From NCBI RefSeq assembly GCF_009914755.1, contig NC_060925.1: a stretch of DNA of 64,000 nucleotides; one strand, 5' to 3'. The DNA comes from the human T2T-CHM13v2.0 reference genome, Homo sapiens. Position 1 is the first letter of the stretch. Each line of letters starts with the position of its first letter. Shown here in pieces: positions 25,163 to 39,209 of this stretch. Both the position numbers and the translations under genes were made by a program. Under the pieces are notes generated by a model. The model ran no database searches. It was given only the letters and a program-made list of their open reading frames with translations, and was not told the DNA's origin.

Positions 25163-26148
25163 TATAATTAAACTTCCTTAATAAAATAAATGTGTTTTAT
25201 TAATAGTAATAATACTATCAATTTTGATTTTACTTAACATTTTCTTTAAAGGGTCAAATTTCACCTGTATTAAAATTTCACTGCATTGTGATATACAGCA
25301 CATAGCAAGAGGATAGCTTGTCTAGGAAATAAACATTCCTCAGTAGTACGTATCCATATCTGATACATGAAAAAGATTCCATATTTCTGGGATTTACTGA
25401 TTTAATAGAGCAAGGAAACATGTTTTCATTAATTTTCCTCCATAGTTGTTCTACTGGGACATTTGAAATGGGTTTTCATCTAAACTGTGTCTTTCTGAAT
25501 GGCACACCTCCCTTTATTTTCACATTGCACCCACTTCTGGTTTTGATTCAGGGTGTAGTGTCCTCCATAGGACCAGGTATCATTATCAGTGCTCATGGTT
25601 CTGTTGCTGTTGCCCTCCTCACTGATGTCTGGCTATACGTAGATGCTAGGGATGGGATGAGGTGGTAACTGTGAACAAGCTGGGGCCTGGCACCCAGGGT
25701 GAGGGGAGTGGAGTAGCCAGAGAGATTTTTTTCCCATTGGTAGTTTAAGGAAATTGTTTCAATAGGACTCTTGGGTCTCTGCCATTAGAAAGGATATGAG
25801 ACTCCAAACCCAAGTTTGTCATGCTAATCCTTTCTTTATTTCCTTCCATATTGCCAGCCCATGATTGTCTCATTCTAATTTGGATGGTTCTATTGCAGTA
25901 GATATTTTTCTATTCATCTATGAAAAGAAAAAGACAAAGCTACATATTTGGGATTCAAATCAAAATGGGACAGTCCTTTTTCAGATACTTAAAATTTTTG
26001 AGAAACAAGAATCTAACTAGTATTACTAGAGCTTTATGACTATTTTTATTTGCACTTATCTATGTAAAGTTACAATTTAAACATAAAGAACTTAGATTTT
26101 TGATTAGCCCCTCTGTAAAATGTACAACATGTGAAATATAAGATAATT

Positions 26149-26564
<416 letters not shown>

Positions 26565-27339
26565 CTACCTTGGAGGTTAAGGTTAGCATGTTGTATTCTG
26601 CAGATTTTTATATTCTCTGAGTGAGAGAAAAAAAGATGAGCCCTTGAAGCCAAAAGTAAGCAGAGATTTGCCAGAGTGGTTCTTCCACTAAGATTTTTAT
26701 ACCATGGGTTGGATCCTGTGGTTTCTAGTTTGTTTCTCCTGGTTTCTAAACTCCAGTGCCTCTGGCCTCCTTTATTTAAGTGAAATAGTACCACTCAGGT
26801 ATGTATAATAAATGACCAACATTGATGAGATTCAGGTCTTTTAAGCCAAGGTATCAAAGAAGACAAGTAAATTGGTAATGTTCTGACATTTTTATTCTTA
26901 AGACATGAAGATTGGCTTTAAACCTTTTAGCAGGAAGAAATGATTAAGAAAGACAGGCTCTGCAGGTACTAAGAGAAAGTGGTATATTAGTGCTGTAGCT
27001 TCTGGCTACCTTATCAAATTACAGCATTAGATAAGCTTCTGCCTCCCAGTTGCCCACTCCCCCACATTACCAGGATTCCACAGTTGTTGGAAGCCAGGAG
27101 TGGGGAAGAAACTCTTCAAAGATTTCAAGAGGGAATCTATTCACGATTAGTCATTTTATTTGCAAACTGAAGGCACCAGAGTAAATAGCATAATCCTTGC
27201 TTAGAGGTAAAATAATATCTTTTTGATATCTCTCTGATCCTTATTACTGCCTTGAGAATTGGTGACTTACAGATGCTCCCAGTTTGGAGCTCCTATCGCA
27301 GTGCTTTGTGCTTCTAAAATGCTTCTGATAAATATTTGC

Positions 27340-29727
27340 TGCATTTGGGTACAATATGGTGTCTTGAATATGTATACATTGTGGAATGGCTAAATCGAGC
27401 TAATCAACATATCCATTACCTCACATACTTACCATTTTGTGTGCGTATGTGGTGAGAACACTTAAAATCTACTCTCTTAGCAATGTTCAACTATACAATA
27501 CAGTGTTATTAACTAGAGTCACCTTCTTGTACAACAGATCCCTTAAACTGATTTTTCCTGTCTTACAGAAACTTTGTATCCTCTGACGAGTATCTCTCTA
27601 ATCTGTTCCACCCCTTCCTGCCCCACCACCACTACTCATCTGGTAACCACCCTTCTACTCTCTGCTTCTATGAATTCACCTTTAGATTCCACATACAAGT
27701 GAGATCATGTGATATTTGTCTTTTTGTGCCTAGCTTATTTCACTTAATGTAACGTCCTCCACATGCATCTATGTTGTCACAAATGACAGGGTTTCTTTCC
27801 TTTTTTAAGGCTGAAGAGTATTCCACTGTGTATATTTACCACATTTTCTTTATCTTTTCATCCATTGATTTTGTAGCTAGGCTATTGTGAATAACACTTC
27901 AATGAACATGGGAGTGCAGATTATCTCTCCAACATACTGATTTTATTTCCTTTTTGTATAGATCCAGTAAGTGGGATTGCTGGATTGTATGGTAGTTCTA
28001 TTTTTAAAAATGTTTTAAATTGTAAATTGGCAATTTAAAATTGTGTATATTTATGGTGTACAAAGTGATGTTATGTTTTATTAATGCAATGTGGAATAAT
28101 TAAATCAAGCTGGTTAACGTATCCATCATCTCAAATAATTAACTTTTTTTAGTGAGAACATTTGAAATTACTCTTAACAATTTTGAAATGTACAATACTC
28201 TATTATTAACTATATTCATCATGCTGTGCAATAGATCTCAAAAAATTCCTTTTAATTTTTTGAGAAACCTCCATACTGTTTTTCATAATGGCTATACTAA
28301 TTTACATTCCCACCAACAGCATGCAAGGGTTCTCTTTTCTCCACATCCTTGCCAACACTTATCATTTGTCTTTTTATTAATAGCCATTCTAACAGGTGTG
28401 AGGTAATATCTCATTGTAGTTTTAATTTGCATTACCCTAATGATTTCAGTATAGCATTTAAAAATATAGCTATTGGCCATGTATGTCTTCTTTTGAGAAG
28501 TGTCTTTTCAGGTCCTTTCCCCATTTTTAAATTGGATTATTTGTTTTCTTGCTATTGAGTTGTTTGAGTTCCTTATATGCTTTGGATATTAACTCCTTCT
28601 CTGATGTATGGTTTACAAATGTTTTCTCCTATTCTGTATGCTGTCTTTTCACTCTGTTGATTGTTCCCTTTGCTGTGAAAATATTTTTAGTTTGACATAA
28701 TCCCATTTCTCTATTTTTGCTTTTGTTGCCCGTGCTTTTGGGGTCATAGCCAGAAAGTATTGCCCAGACCAACAGCATGGAGCTTTTCTCCCATGTTTTC
28801 TTTGAGTAGTTTTACAGTTTCAGATCTTATATTTAAGCCTTTAATCCATTTTGAGTTTATTTTTCTATATAGTGTGAGATAATGATTTGATTTTATTCTT
28901 CTGCATGTGGATATCCAGTTTTCCCAACACCATTATTGAAGAGACTGTCCTTTCACCATTGTATGTTCTTGGTCACATTGTCAAAAATCCATTGACCAGT
29001 GTGAATTTATTTATGGACTTTCTATTTTGTTCCATTGGTCTAGCTGTCTATTTTTATGACAATGCCATGCTGTTTTGATTACTATGGCCTTGCAGTAGAT
29101 TTTAAAATCAGGTAGTGTGATGCCTCCTGCTTTGTTCTTTTTGCTCAGGATTGCTTTGGCTATTTGGAGTCTTTTATGATTCCACATGAATTTTACAACT
29201 GTTTTTTCTAGTTCTGTGAAAAACAAATTTGGAAATTTTGTAGGGATTGACTTAAATCTATAGATCACTTTGGGTAATATGGACATTTTAACAATATTAA
29301 TTCTTCTGATCCTTGAACACAGGGCTATTCTTCCATTTATTTGTGTCTTCTTCAATTTCTTTGGTCAATGTTTCATAGTTTTCAGTGTTCACTTCTTTTA
29401 CTTCCTTGGTTTAAGTTATTCCTAAACATTTTTTTTTGTCTTTCTGATGCTTTGTAAATCGGATTGTTTTATTGATTTCTTTTTCAGATAGTTTGTTGTT
29501 AGCATATAGAAACACCACTGATTTCTGTATGCTGATTTTAAATCTTGAAGTTTTATTGAGTTCTCTTACTAGTTTTCACAGTTTTTTGGTGGAGTCTTTA
29601 GGGTTTTTAATACGTAACATCATGTCTTCTGAAAAGAGACAATTTAATTTCTTCCTTTCTGATTTGGGTGTCTTTTATTTCTTTATCTCACCTACTTGCC
29701 TTGCCTAGGCCTTCTAGTACTATGTTC
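27340..29727 (-). mobile_element. 5'-truncated L1MA
   Basis: ORF 29011-29355 translates to ORF2p ([22 protein letters not shown]); 28292-28480 matches the ORF2p Cys-rich C-terminus; L1MA 3' UTR present. Confidence 0.95.
28008..28250 (-). mobile_element. Second L1MA 3' end nested inside the L1MA
   Basis: A second 3' UTR interrupts the host between TCTATTTTTAA and TTTTTTGAGAAACC. Confidence 0.8.
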
Positions 29728-30050
29728 CCTTTCGTTTTGGACTGACAGTAGAGTCCAGGCCTCAACAATCTATAGAGGGAATGACAAATGTCTGTTATAA
29801 AGTCACACTTTGTTTTAACATTATGTAATTTTTATCATGGCATTGTTAAGTATCCAGAACTGACTTTTTCTTAAAAGTTTTGTCTAGAATTCCTAAAAAT
29901 AACTATTACATTACTCCTACTTCACTGAAAAAAATTATTTGGTTAGTACTGTATTTGTTATGGGAATCTTCCTACACTTCAAGATGTTACTGTTACTATT
30001 ACAGCTTAAGACTGAGATCTAATGATGAAGACTGAAAGAGTACCTGGATA

Positions 30051-30920
<870 letters not shown>

Positions 30921-31377
30921 TTATTTTCAAAAATGTTTTTAGAATTTAATGAATAAATTTATTGGGAAGCTATAGTTTTAAACTCTCTAAAATAATTTGC
31001 CATAGGACATTCCATTTTAAGTAATAAAGAAATCAGCTAATAATTAAAATAAAGGACATTTTGATGATTGGATTCCAGATTAAAATGAGAAATATAAGAC
31101 ATTTGAATATCAGAACACAGTCCATCTAGAAAACATAAAAGTAATGTTTTTAATAATGATTTATCAATCTTTATTGATAAAAACAATCATATTTTTATCA
31201 ATGATTTATCAAATCACAATCAATTTATGCATGTAGATTAGCTCCTGGGGTTAAACAAGCAGAAATTCACTTAGGTTACCTTTATAAAGAGGGTTTATTT
31301 GCGGGGGCTAAACAAACTGGAATTTAAACTGGGATTATAGAAATTGAGTTTCTGGAGACAGGCTTTTGTCCTCTGCT

Positions 31378-31935
31378 GTGTCAGCGTGCGTTTGTTTGGA
31401 AGTAAGAAAAAACCAATGAAACTGGCTTAAACAATAAAGGAGACTGAGAGGTTTAACTTAAAATAAAAAAGAAAAAATATAAGAGGCAAATCTACAATTT
31501 CATGAGACTTGATCCAGCAGGTCCAAAATACCACCAAAACCCAGTTTTTTTTTTTTTCTGTGTCTCTGCTATTCCTTCCATGGTATCAGCTTCATTCTAA
31601 GGTTAGCTAATTTCGTGATGCCAAAATGGTTACCAGTAGCTCTCAGAAATATACTTCCCTATGTGAGCTGGGAAGAGAGAGAGTATCTTTTCTAGCATTC
31701 CTGATGGAAGTCTTGATATGCAGTACGATTGCTTGAATAACATTAACAACCTTGAGCCAATCCTGTGGCCGGTTGACATATGAGTTTTTTGGCTTAGCCT
31801 GGGTCACTGTTTTGCCCTGGTAAAACATGGTGGTGTGGGTGGAATCACATACTCAAAATCACACGGCTGCCCAGAAAAAAACTGGAGTTTCTGAGGAGAG
31901 AACTAATGCAGGGGAGGCAGACTAGGAGTGTTCAC
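31378..31935 (-). mobile_element. MLT1J/K-like LTR, probably nested in an older LTR spanning about 31.2-32.7 kb
   Basis: AAACTGGCTTAAACAATAAAGG..CCAAAATGGTTACCAGTAGCTC..GAGCCAATC. Confidence 0.65.
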
Positions 31936-32314
31936 TGAGGTCTCCCAAAACATCTCTGCTTTTCCTCAGCCATCTGCTCCATTTCCCTGTCTCCACTGGC
32001 CTGTTTCTCCTGTTTATAATAATTTCCATTCCTTTATAACTTCAATTTATACTTGGCAATCATGGCCTCTCTCTGCTCACATCCCACTTCCACTTATCAA
32101 ACTATGACTTTTCAGTTTAAGCTCTCATAGGGATGAAAAATTATTTTTGTCCTTTAAACTCTGTCGGACTAAAACAGAAAGTCCTATAGAGGGATGGAAA
32201 ATTATTTTTATCTCTTAATTCATATCTGAAAACTGAGATTCTGATAGGTCCAGCTCATCTTTTTGAACAGGCCCCATGTATTGGCCAACTTGAGGATCAG
32301 TTGTCTTGAATTAG

Positions 32315-32643
<329 letters not shown>

Positions 32644-32727
32644 TTTACTGTTCCTGTAATCTTTAAAAGAGGGGTGAGGTTTAGGAGAGTCTAGTCACAT
32701 GATCCAAAGCATGGCAGCCTGGATGAG

Positions 32728-33112
32728 TGTCTTAGTCCATTAGTGCCACTATAACAAAATACCTGAGATTGGTAATTTATAAAGAGCAAAAATTTATTTC
32801 TCACAGTTCTGGAAGCTGGAAGTCCAGTCATGGTGCCAGCAGATTCAGTGGTTGCTCTCTGCTTTCAAGATGGCACCTTACTGTAGCATCCTCTTGAGGG
32901 GACAAACACTGTGTCATCACATGGCTGAAGGGCAGAAGGGCAAAAAGGCCTAGCCAGCACCCTCCAGCCCTTTTATAAGGCACTAATCCATTCATGAGGG
33001 AGGAGTCTTCATGACCTAATCACTTCCTAAAGGTCGCGCCTGTCAGTACTATTGTATTAGGATTTAGTTTCAACATGAATTTTGGAGGAACATAAACATT
33101 CAAACTACATCA
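32728..33112 (-). mobile_element. MST (MSTD-like) solo LTR
   Basis: TGTCTTAGTCC..ATTTATTTCTCACAGTTCTGGA..CAACATGAATTTTGGAGG..AAACATTCAAAC. Confidence 0.85.
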
Positions 33113-33229
33113 AGCATCTATGAGGCAGGGCATTCCCTGTGGACAGGAACATTGATGAGGCACACCAAATCAAAGGTTGAGCAATCAAACGATGCTCCTT
33201 CTCACCTCTTGCTCTACAGGTATATGTCT

Positions 33230-33610
33230 ATTTAAAAAGCAACCAAATTTTACATAAAAAGTATAATTTTACTCTTCAAGTTTCTTCCATAGCCTGTATC
33301 ATATTTGTTTGCATATATTTAATTAGGAAAAAAATCTTTGTCTTTTGAAAGTAGGGTTGATTTTAGGAAATAGCTTGAAGTAATTTACAGACATTTCTGA
33401 TTAAGGATAATGAAGATACGTATTATAAATTTGTCAAAAATGAGGTGTGACCATAAAAAAGAGAGACAAATTATCTTTTCTGGTTCATAAACTGACCCCG
33501 AAGGCAATTCCAGGAGGAGTTTTAAAAGTGTTTTGAGCAATGACAGCACATTAAATAAATGTATTATCCTCCTGAGGTGATTGCTTCATTTGAAGGACAA
33601 AATTCAGGTG
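33230..33610. mobile_element. MARNA-like mariner remnant
   Basis: GAAGGCAATTCCAGGAGGAGTTTTAAAAGTGTTTTGAGCAATGACAGCAC..TTTGAAGG. Confidence 0.6.
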
Positions 33611-33629
33611 TTTGTTCAGGCTGATGAGC

Positions 33630-33661
33630 ATGTATGTGTGTGTGTCTGTGTGTGTGTGTGT
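33630..33661. repeat. (TG)n microsatellite
   Basis: Seen directly in the sequence. Confidence 0.9.
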
Positions 33662-34099
33662 CCTATTACATCATGATAAATCTTCATTCTATAGAAATGA
33701 GAGAAACACTGATCTGAATCTAAGTTCAGGAAGAGCTGATATTCAGTAGGTAGGCCTGGTACAGTGGTACTGGATTTTCATACCTGTGATCCATTCTTAT
33801 TGAAACCAATGTATATTGGTTGATAAGTATTTTTAGTATTACCTTTGATTAGGGCTTCTACCATCACACTGACTTCCATTGATAAAAGGCGGAACTGAGG
33901 GACTACTCTGTAGGAAACATAAATACCACAGGAAAACTCAAAGGCAAAGGTAAGATCATGATCAATCCAGCAAAGGAGTACAAAGGGGGACTCCAGCTCC
34001 CTGTTGTGTCTGTTCTGTAGCCCCTAATATTGTTATAATCAACATACTTCCAGAAGACCTTGGATTTCTCAACATTTCCATTAAGAGGTACAGACAGTT

Positions 34100-34410
34100 G
34101 GCCGGGTGTGGTGGCTCACGCCTATAATCACAGCACTTTGGGAGGCTGAGGAGGGTAGATCACAAGGTCAGGAGATCGAGACCATCCTGGCCAACATGGT
34201 GAAACCCTGTCTCTACTAAAAACACAAAAATTAGCTGGGTGTGATGGAGTGCGCCTGTAGTCCCAGCCTGTAGTCCTAAGCCCAGGAGGCTGAGGCAGGA
34301 GAATCGCTAGAACCCAGGAGGCAGAGGTTGCAGTGAGCCGGGATCGTGCCACTGCACTCCAGCCTGGGCGACAGAGTGAGACTCCGTCTCAAAAAAAAAA
34401 AATTAAAATA
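34100..34410 (+). mobile_element. Alu (AluSc/Sx-like) with internal 13-bp duplication
   Basis: TSD AAGAG(G/T)TA(C/T)AGACAGTT at 34083 and 34411. Confidence 0.95.
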
Positions 34411-34759
34411 AAGAGTTATAGACAGTTGAGAACCATTTAAACAGCATAGCATTCACCAATAAGCAATCAAGCAATGTCCACTCTGCTGATTTCTTCCTAC
34501 CAAAACCCAAGGGTGTGGAAAGTGTAGCGTGATCCTCAGGGAACTTCTCCTCAGGGAATGAAGGTGTTTTACTTCTGGTGGGCGATATAGGGAAGAACTG
34601 GTTATTTGCCACAATTATCTAGAATGAGGCCTTCTTTCTTCCTCACACACCAATATCCACTCCCTCATGTATGCCTTTTCATTCTTCATGCATTAATATC
34701 AAGCAGAAAAGGAGGCTCAAATGTAATGTCATTTTATCTACAGGACACATGTAAGTGAT

Positions 34760-34945
34760 GAGGTATTAGCATAATATGAGGAAAAAGATAAATTCAGACT
34801 GGAATTTGAATTCTGGCCCTGGTGCCTATTCGTTGTTGCTTGAGGAAAGCCCTTGGAAAGTTTTTAACTTCTTTCAACTTCGGTTTCCTCATCTGTACAA
34901 AATAGGCAATATTAAATGAGATAACACATGCAAAGCACTCTTAAA
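34760..34945 (+). mobile_element. MIR
   Basis: CGGTTTCCTCATCTGTACAAAATAGG..ATTAAATGAGATAACACATGCAAAGCAC. Confidence 0.8.
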
Positions 34946-35779
34946 GTTTACCTTTTAGCTTTCCAGGTAAAACATAAGTAATAAAAAAAAGGCAGCTCTT
35001 TCACCCCACCTTAGGCCCCTGTGGAAGTTTGTTGTCTTCATTCATCAATATTTGTTTAGGTCCTTCTCTTTGTCAGAAACTCTGTTATCTTTGTCAAGGT
35101 AGTGGCAGATAATATGCTTTTACAACCCACTCCAATTTCACCTACATCAATTTTTACACTTCAACATTATCCCTAATATTAATTTCCACCTGCTTTTACC
35201 TGTATGAAAATATTGTAGTGGCTTTTCTCAGCAGTTAAACTTTCTATAAGGATGAGCTTGAGTCTAGAAGGAACATAGTTGTCATTGGAGTTGTATATGT
35301 TGTTACGAGCAGGGGAAGGAGGTAGCTACAGGACATTGAGACTGAATAACTTGGCATCCCAAGTTGATAGTTTATAATTGATCCAGGAGTCTCATTCTAC
35401 ACCTATCCTGAAGTCATTCTCTATGATCTATTGCTTAATGAAAGAAGAAATTAATTAATTAAGTATATGTGCAAGGAAGCCCTGGGGTTCCATTTTAATG
35501 TAAAATAAGTAGCTTACATCTTGTCAAGTGGTTTTAACAACGTAGTTCAACTACAGTCAAGGCAACCTTGAAAAGCATGGCCTAGGCCAGAGGTGAGTGT
35601 CTGAAGACTTTTCTTTTACCACCTAAACTGTTTCCTCTACCATCAGTTAATTATTGTAGACATGAGATCATGATCTGTAGTTCAATCACTTTTGGGGTCC
35701 ATGATATCATTTAGATTCATGGCCATAGTTTCAATTCTGAACCCCTATTAGCCATTTTGTAAATCCTGTCACTGGTCAC

Positions 35780-35955
35780 ATGGCTATCCTTTCTCTTTTA
35801 TAGTACTTGTCTCATTGCCTTGGTTTCATTTGTTTTCCTGGCTCCTTTATTTACCAACCTATTAACTTCTTGCATATGTGTAGTACTCGTTTTTCTAGAG
35901 CCTAGTACAGTGTTTAGATGATCAATAAATGTTTACTGAATGAATAAATTAATAA
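35780..35955 (+). mobile_element. L2 3' end
   Basis: GCCTAGTACAGTG..CAATAAATGTTTACTGAATGAATAAAT. Confidence 0.7.
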
Positions 35956-36121
35956 AAATCAAAAGAGAACAACAAAAAAAGCTATTCCTGCTTCAAGACA
36001 TGATTATTAGACAGACCAGTAGTGTGAAAATCAACCAACTTTTCGTCACCTCCACTGATGAAGGATGATCTCCTTTACATGGGATTGGTTCTAGCTTCCT
36101 GTTTAGTTCTTCTGTTTCCAG

Positions 36122-36222
36122 GTGAAACTCTCAGAGGCCCGTTTTCATGCTGCCTTCTGTTTGTAGGGACCTCAGGTTATGCCTCCTACTCAGTGACACC
36201 ATCTCATTAGTTTTGCAGAAAG
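36122..36222 (+). other. Candidate non-coding exon (101 nt)
   Basis: Acceptor TTCTTCTGTTTCCAG|G and donor AAG|GTGAGA; stops in all three frames. Confidence 0.3.
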
Positions 36223-37479
36223 GTGAGATTTACAACTTCTGTAGAAGTTTTCCTGTACAGACTAACAGGGAAGGAAGCTATAACTTCTTGAATTAGCACA
36301 ACGTATTTGCCTTCCTTCCGGCTGCCATAAATTCTTAGGATGACACAGAATCAACAATTCAGATGATTATATCTGGCTTGTAAATTGTCCTCCAAATTGC
36401 CACCTTTTCCCCCTAACCTACACCTGGCGGACTAAGGTATGGGAATAGTTCTGACCTCTGGCCTTAGAGCCAAGGTTAATTGGCAGCAAGATCACATGAC
36501 TAACCCACTCCTTTCAAGTCAAGCCTTAGGAATTCTACCAGATTATTTTTTCAGAAGTATTTGATTTTTTTTTTAACCACAAAGTTTTGTATTGACAAAA
36601 CCTCTGTTACAAGACTTTGCCCAAAATTCTTCAAAAAATGTCCAAGCCACACTTAACTCTTTGGAAACTAGACTGTTTGACAAAGAATTTGCTAGTGATT
36701 GTTAGCAACAGGTAGATCACAACTGGCCTTGGGACACATGAAAATTGTACACATTGCACTCTGAATAGTAAATTACAATATATTTAGAAGACATATTTAT
36801 AAGTTAACCCAGTTATGGTTAACAAACCATGAAGAAAATACATTTTATTTTTAGTTTCAAGATAGAAAAGAGGGTGGCAGGCTTTTGACTAGCATGCCTT
36901 AGGAAACAAGATGAGAAGCCAAAGTAAATCTTTCCATATTTGTATACATTTGAAAGAAGCAGGAGAATGTGAGCTCTCTTCAGGTTGACATCAAAAAGTG
37001 ACTGTGAATGATTTATAATGCACGCAGAAAACATAGTTAACTTCTCAAAACCATTAGTTACCTTTATTTTGTCCTAGCTTAGAACCCTAGACAGGAAAAC
37101 TCCATAATAAGCTTTTGGGGAGGGACAGATGTTGGCAATCATGCTTTCCAACAAGAGATTTCAGAGAAGTCACAAAACCAAAGAAACCATTTCCCTGGTT
37201 TCTTTCTGTTTGCTGGGCAAATATACAAAGCTTCTTGTCAATTTTACAGTCAATTATGGATACCAAACTGGAAAAAAAAAAAAAAGCAGTGAGACACAGG
37301 TGACACTTGAACAATTCTGAGAAGCACTCAGAAAAAGTAATGTCATTCATAGAGAAACTATGTGCTAAGCGCTGGTCAATTTTTTTTTCTGTCATCTATT
37401 TCTTCAGTTTCAGCAAACATTATGATGTCAATGAGAACTTACAAGTGCTGCTCCTTGGACAGGACTGGGATCTGAAGGA

Positions 37480-37550
37480 AGGAGTTTAGAGAGCTCGGTT
37501 CCTATTGGAGTGGCCCAGGCAAGTTGCTTCACTTCTCTGAACCTCAGTTG
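37480..37550 (+). mobile_element. MIR fragment
   Basis: GGCAAGTTGCTTCACTTCTCTGAACCTCAGTT. Confidence 0.6.
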
Positions 37551-37680
37551 AGTCTAGAAAGTGTCTTCAATGCCCCAGTTCAGCTTAATATAGACCTTGG
37601 ATTGTCATACTCTCTGCCTAGATTAAAAACATCTGAGGTAAGACATAGAAAGAAATAAAAAGTTTAACTCTTTGCCAGTT

Positions 37681-37770
37681 GAAGAAGAAAGGAAGGGAGG
37701 GAGGGAGGGAGGGAGGGAAGGAAGGAAGGAAGGAAGGAAGGCGGGAAGGAAGGAAGGAAAGAAAGAAAGG
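37681..37770. repeat. Purine microsatellite (GGGA)n-(GGAA)6-GGCG-(GGAA)4-(GAAA)n
   Basis: Seen directly in the sequence. Confidence 0.95.
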
Positions 37771-38221
37771 TGGGTTGCTAATTTATAGACTCCCTGGAGC
37801 TACACAGGGTACCTATTTTCCCAGCAATGATCCTAGCAAGGAAAGAGCAAAGAGACACTAGGGGCAGCTGAGCTCGCCTACCCTGCCTCTCACCTGAGCT
37901 CTCTCATTCTTATTTGGCAGGGAACCCTGAGGATCCATCTCCCATAACTGGACTTCAAAAAACTAACAGTCCTCAGAACAAGAATTACTGAAGAAAACAA
38001 AAACAAAAAAAATCCCCTAACAATCCAAGGCAAAGTCAGACAGGCCAAGTTCTGCTTCTTAACCCTTTGAATACTATGCATTTAAATACATGTATTTTCT
38101 CAAAGAAGAATGTTTGTTCACTGTAGCAGAGAAACATTCACCTCCACTGTTGTGTATAGATAGTGTTTTAATATGACTAAAATCTTTAGAAATTATTCTT
38201 TTATCTTTTTGTGATGTAGAA

Positions 38222-38520
38222 GTTTTTTGTTTGTTTTTTGAGACAGGGTCTCACCCTGTCACCCACACTGGAGTGTAGAGGCGCCATCTTGGCTCACTGC
38301 AACCTCTGCCTCCCGGCCTGAAGCTATCCTCCTGCCTCATCCTCCCGAGTAGCTGGGACTACAGGTGTGCGCAACCATGCCCAACTAATTTTGTAATTTT
38401 TTTTGTAGAGACAGGATTTCACCATTGTTGCCCAGGCTGATCTTGAACTTCCCAGCTTACATGATCCACCCACCAAAGCCTCCTAAAATGTTGGGATTAC
38501 AGGCATGAGCCAACACACCC
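38222..38520 (-). mobile_element. AluJ
   Basis: Diverged antisense dimer starting GAGACAGGGTCTC. Confidence 0.9.
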
Positions 38521-38539
38521 CATTTAGAAGTATTTTAAG

Positions 38540-38845
38540 TTTTAATTTTATTTATTTAAGAGACAGGGTCTTGCTCTGTTGCCCTGCCTGAAGTGCAGTG
38601 GGATGATCATAGCTCATTGTAACCTCGAACTCCTCGGCTCAAGTGATCCTCCTGCCTCAGCTTTCCTAATAGCTAGTGCTACAGGCGGGTGCCACCATAC
38701 CCTGCTAATTGTTTTATTTTATTTTTTGAAAAGATAGGGTCTCGCTATGTTGCCCAAGCTTGTCTCAAACTCCTAGCCTCAAGTGGTTCTCCTGCCTTGG
38801 CCTCCCAAAGCATTGGGATTACAAGCATAAACCACTGCATCTGGC
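38540..38845 (-). mobile_element. AluJ (Jo-like)
   Basis: GATCATAGCTCATTGTAACCTCGAACTCC; in tandem with the previous Alu. Confidence 0.9.
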
Positions 38846-39209
38846 CAGAAGTTATTAAAAAAAAAAAATCTGACTAAACAGGGCTCACAGTTGAACAACT
38901 TTCAGTCATCTGGACTTGTCCCAAATAACATTCAGTCTTAGAAAAATAAGAGCAGAAAGATTTTAAGTCACTTGCTTAAGCACCCAAGCTGCTTCCTGTC
39001 AGAAGCCAGGGGCATCTTTTGCCCTGTTTGCGTGTGTGTTTGCTCTTTTTAAGGTGAGAGCAGCCATTAGGAAGTCTTTCCTCAAGCCAGTATTACATCA
39101 GGGCTGCAGTATAAATCAGGTAAACTCAACATGGTTTTTGGCAGAGTTTTTTTTTTTTTGCACCTAGGGAAAGAAGTGAAGGCCAGGATTTTTGTATAGT
39201 TCAACTCTT

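Noticed and set aside
29011-29355. 114-aa ORF with clear protein homology
   Set aside because: It is a fragment of L1 ORF2p within a truncated, frameshifted L1MA, not a host gene.
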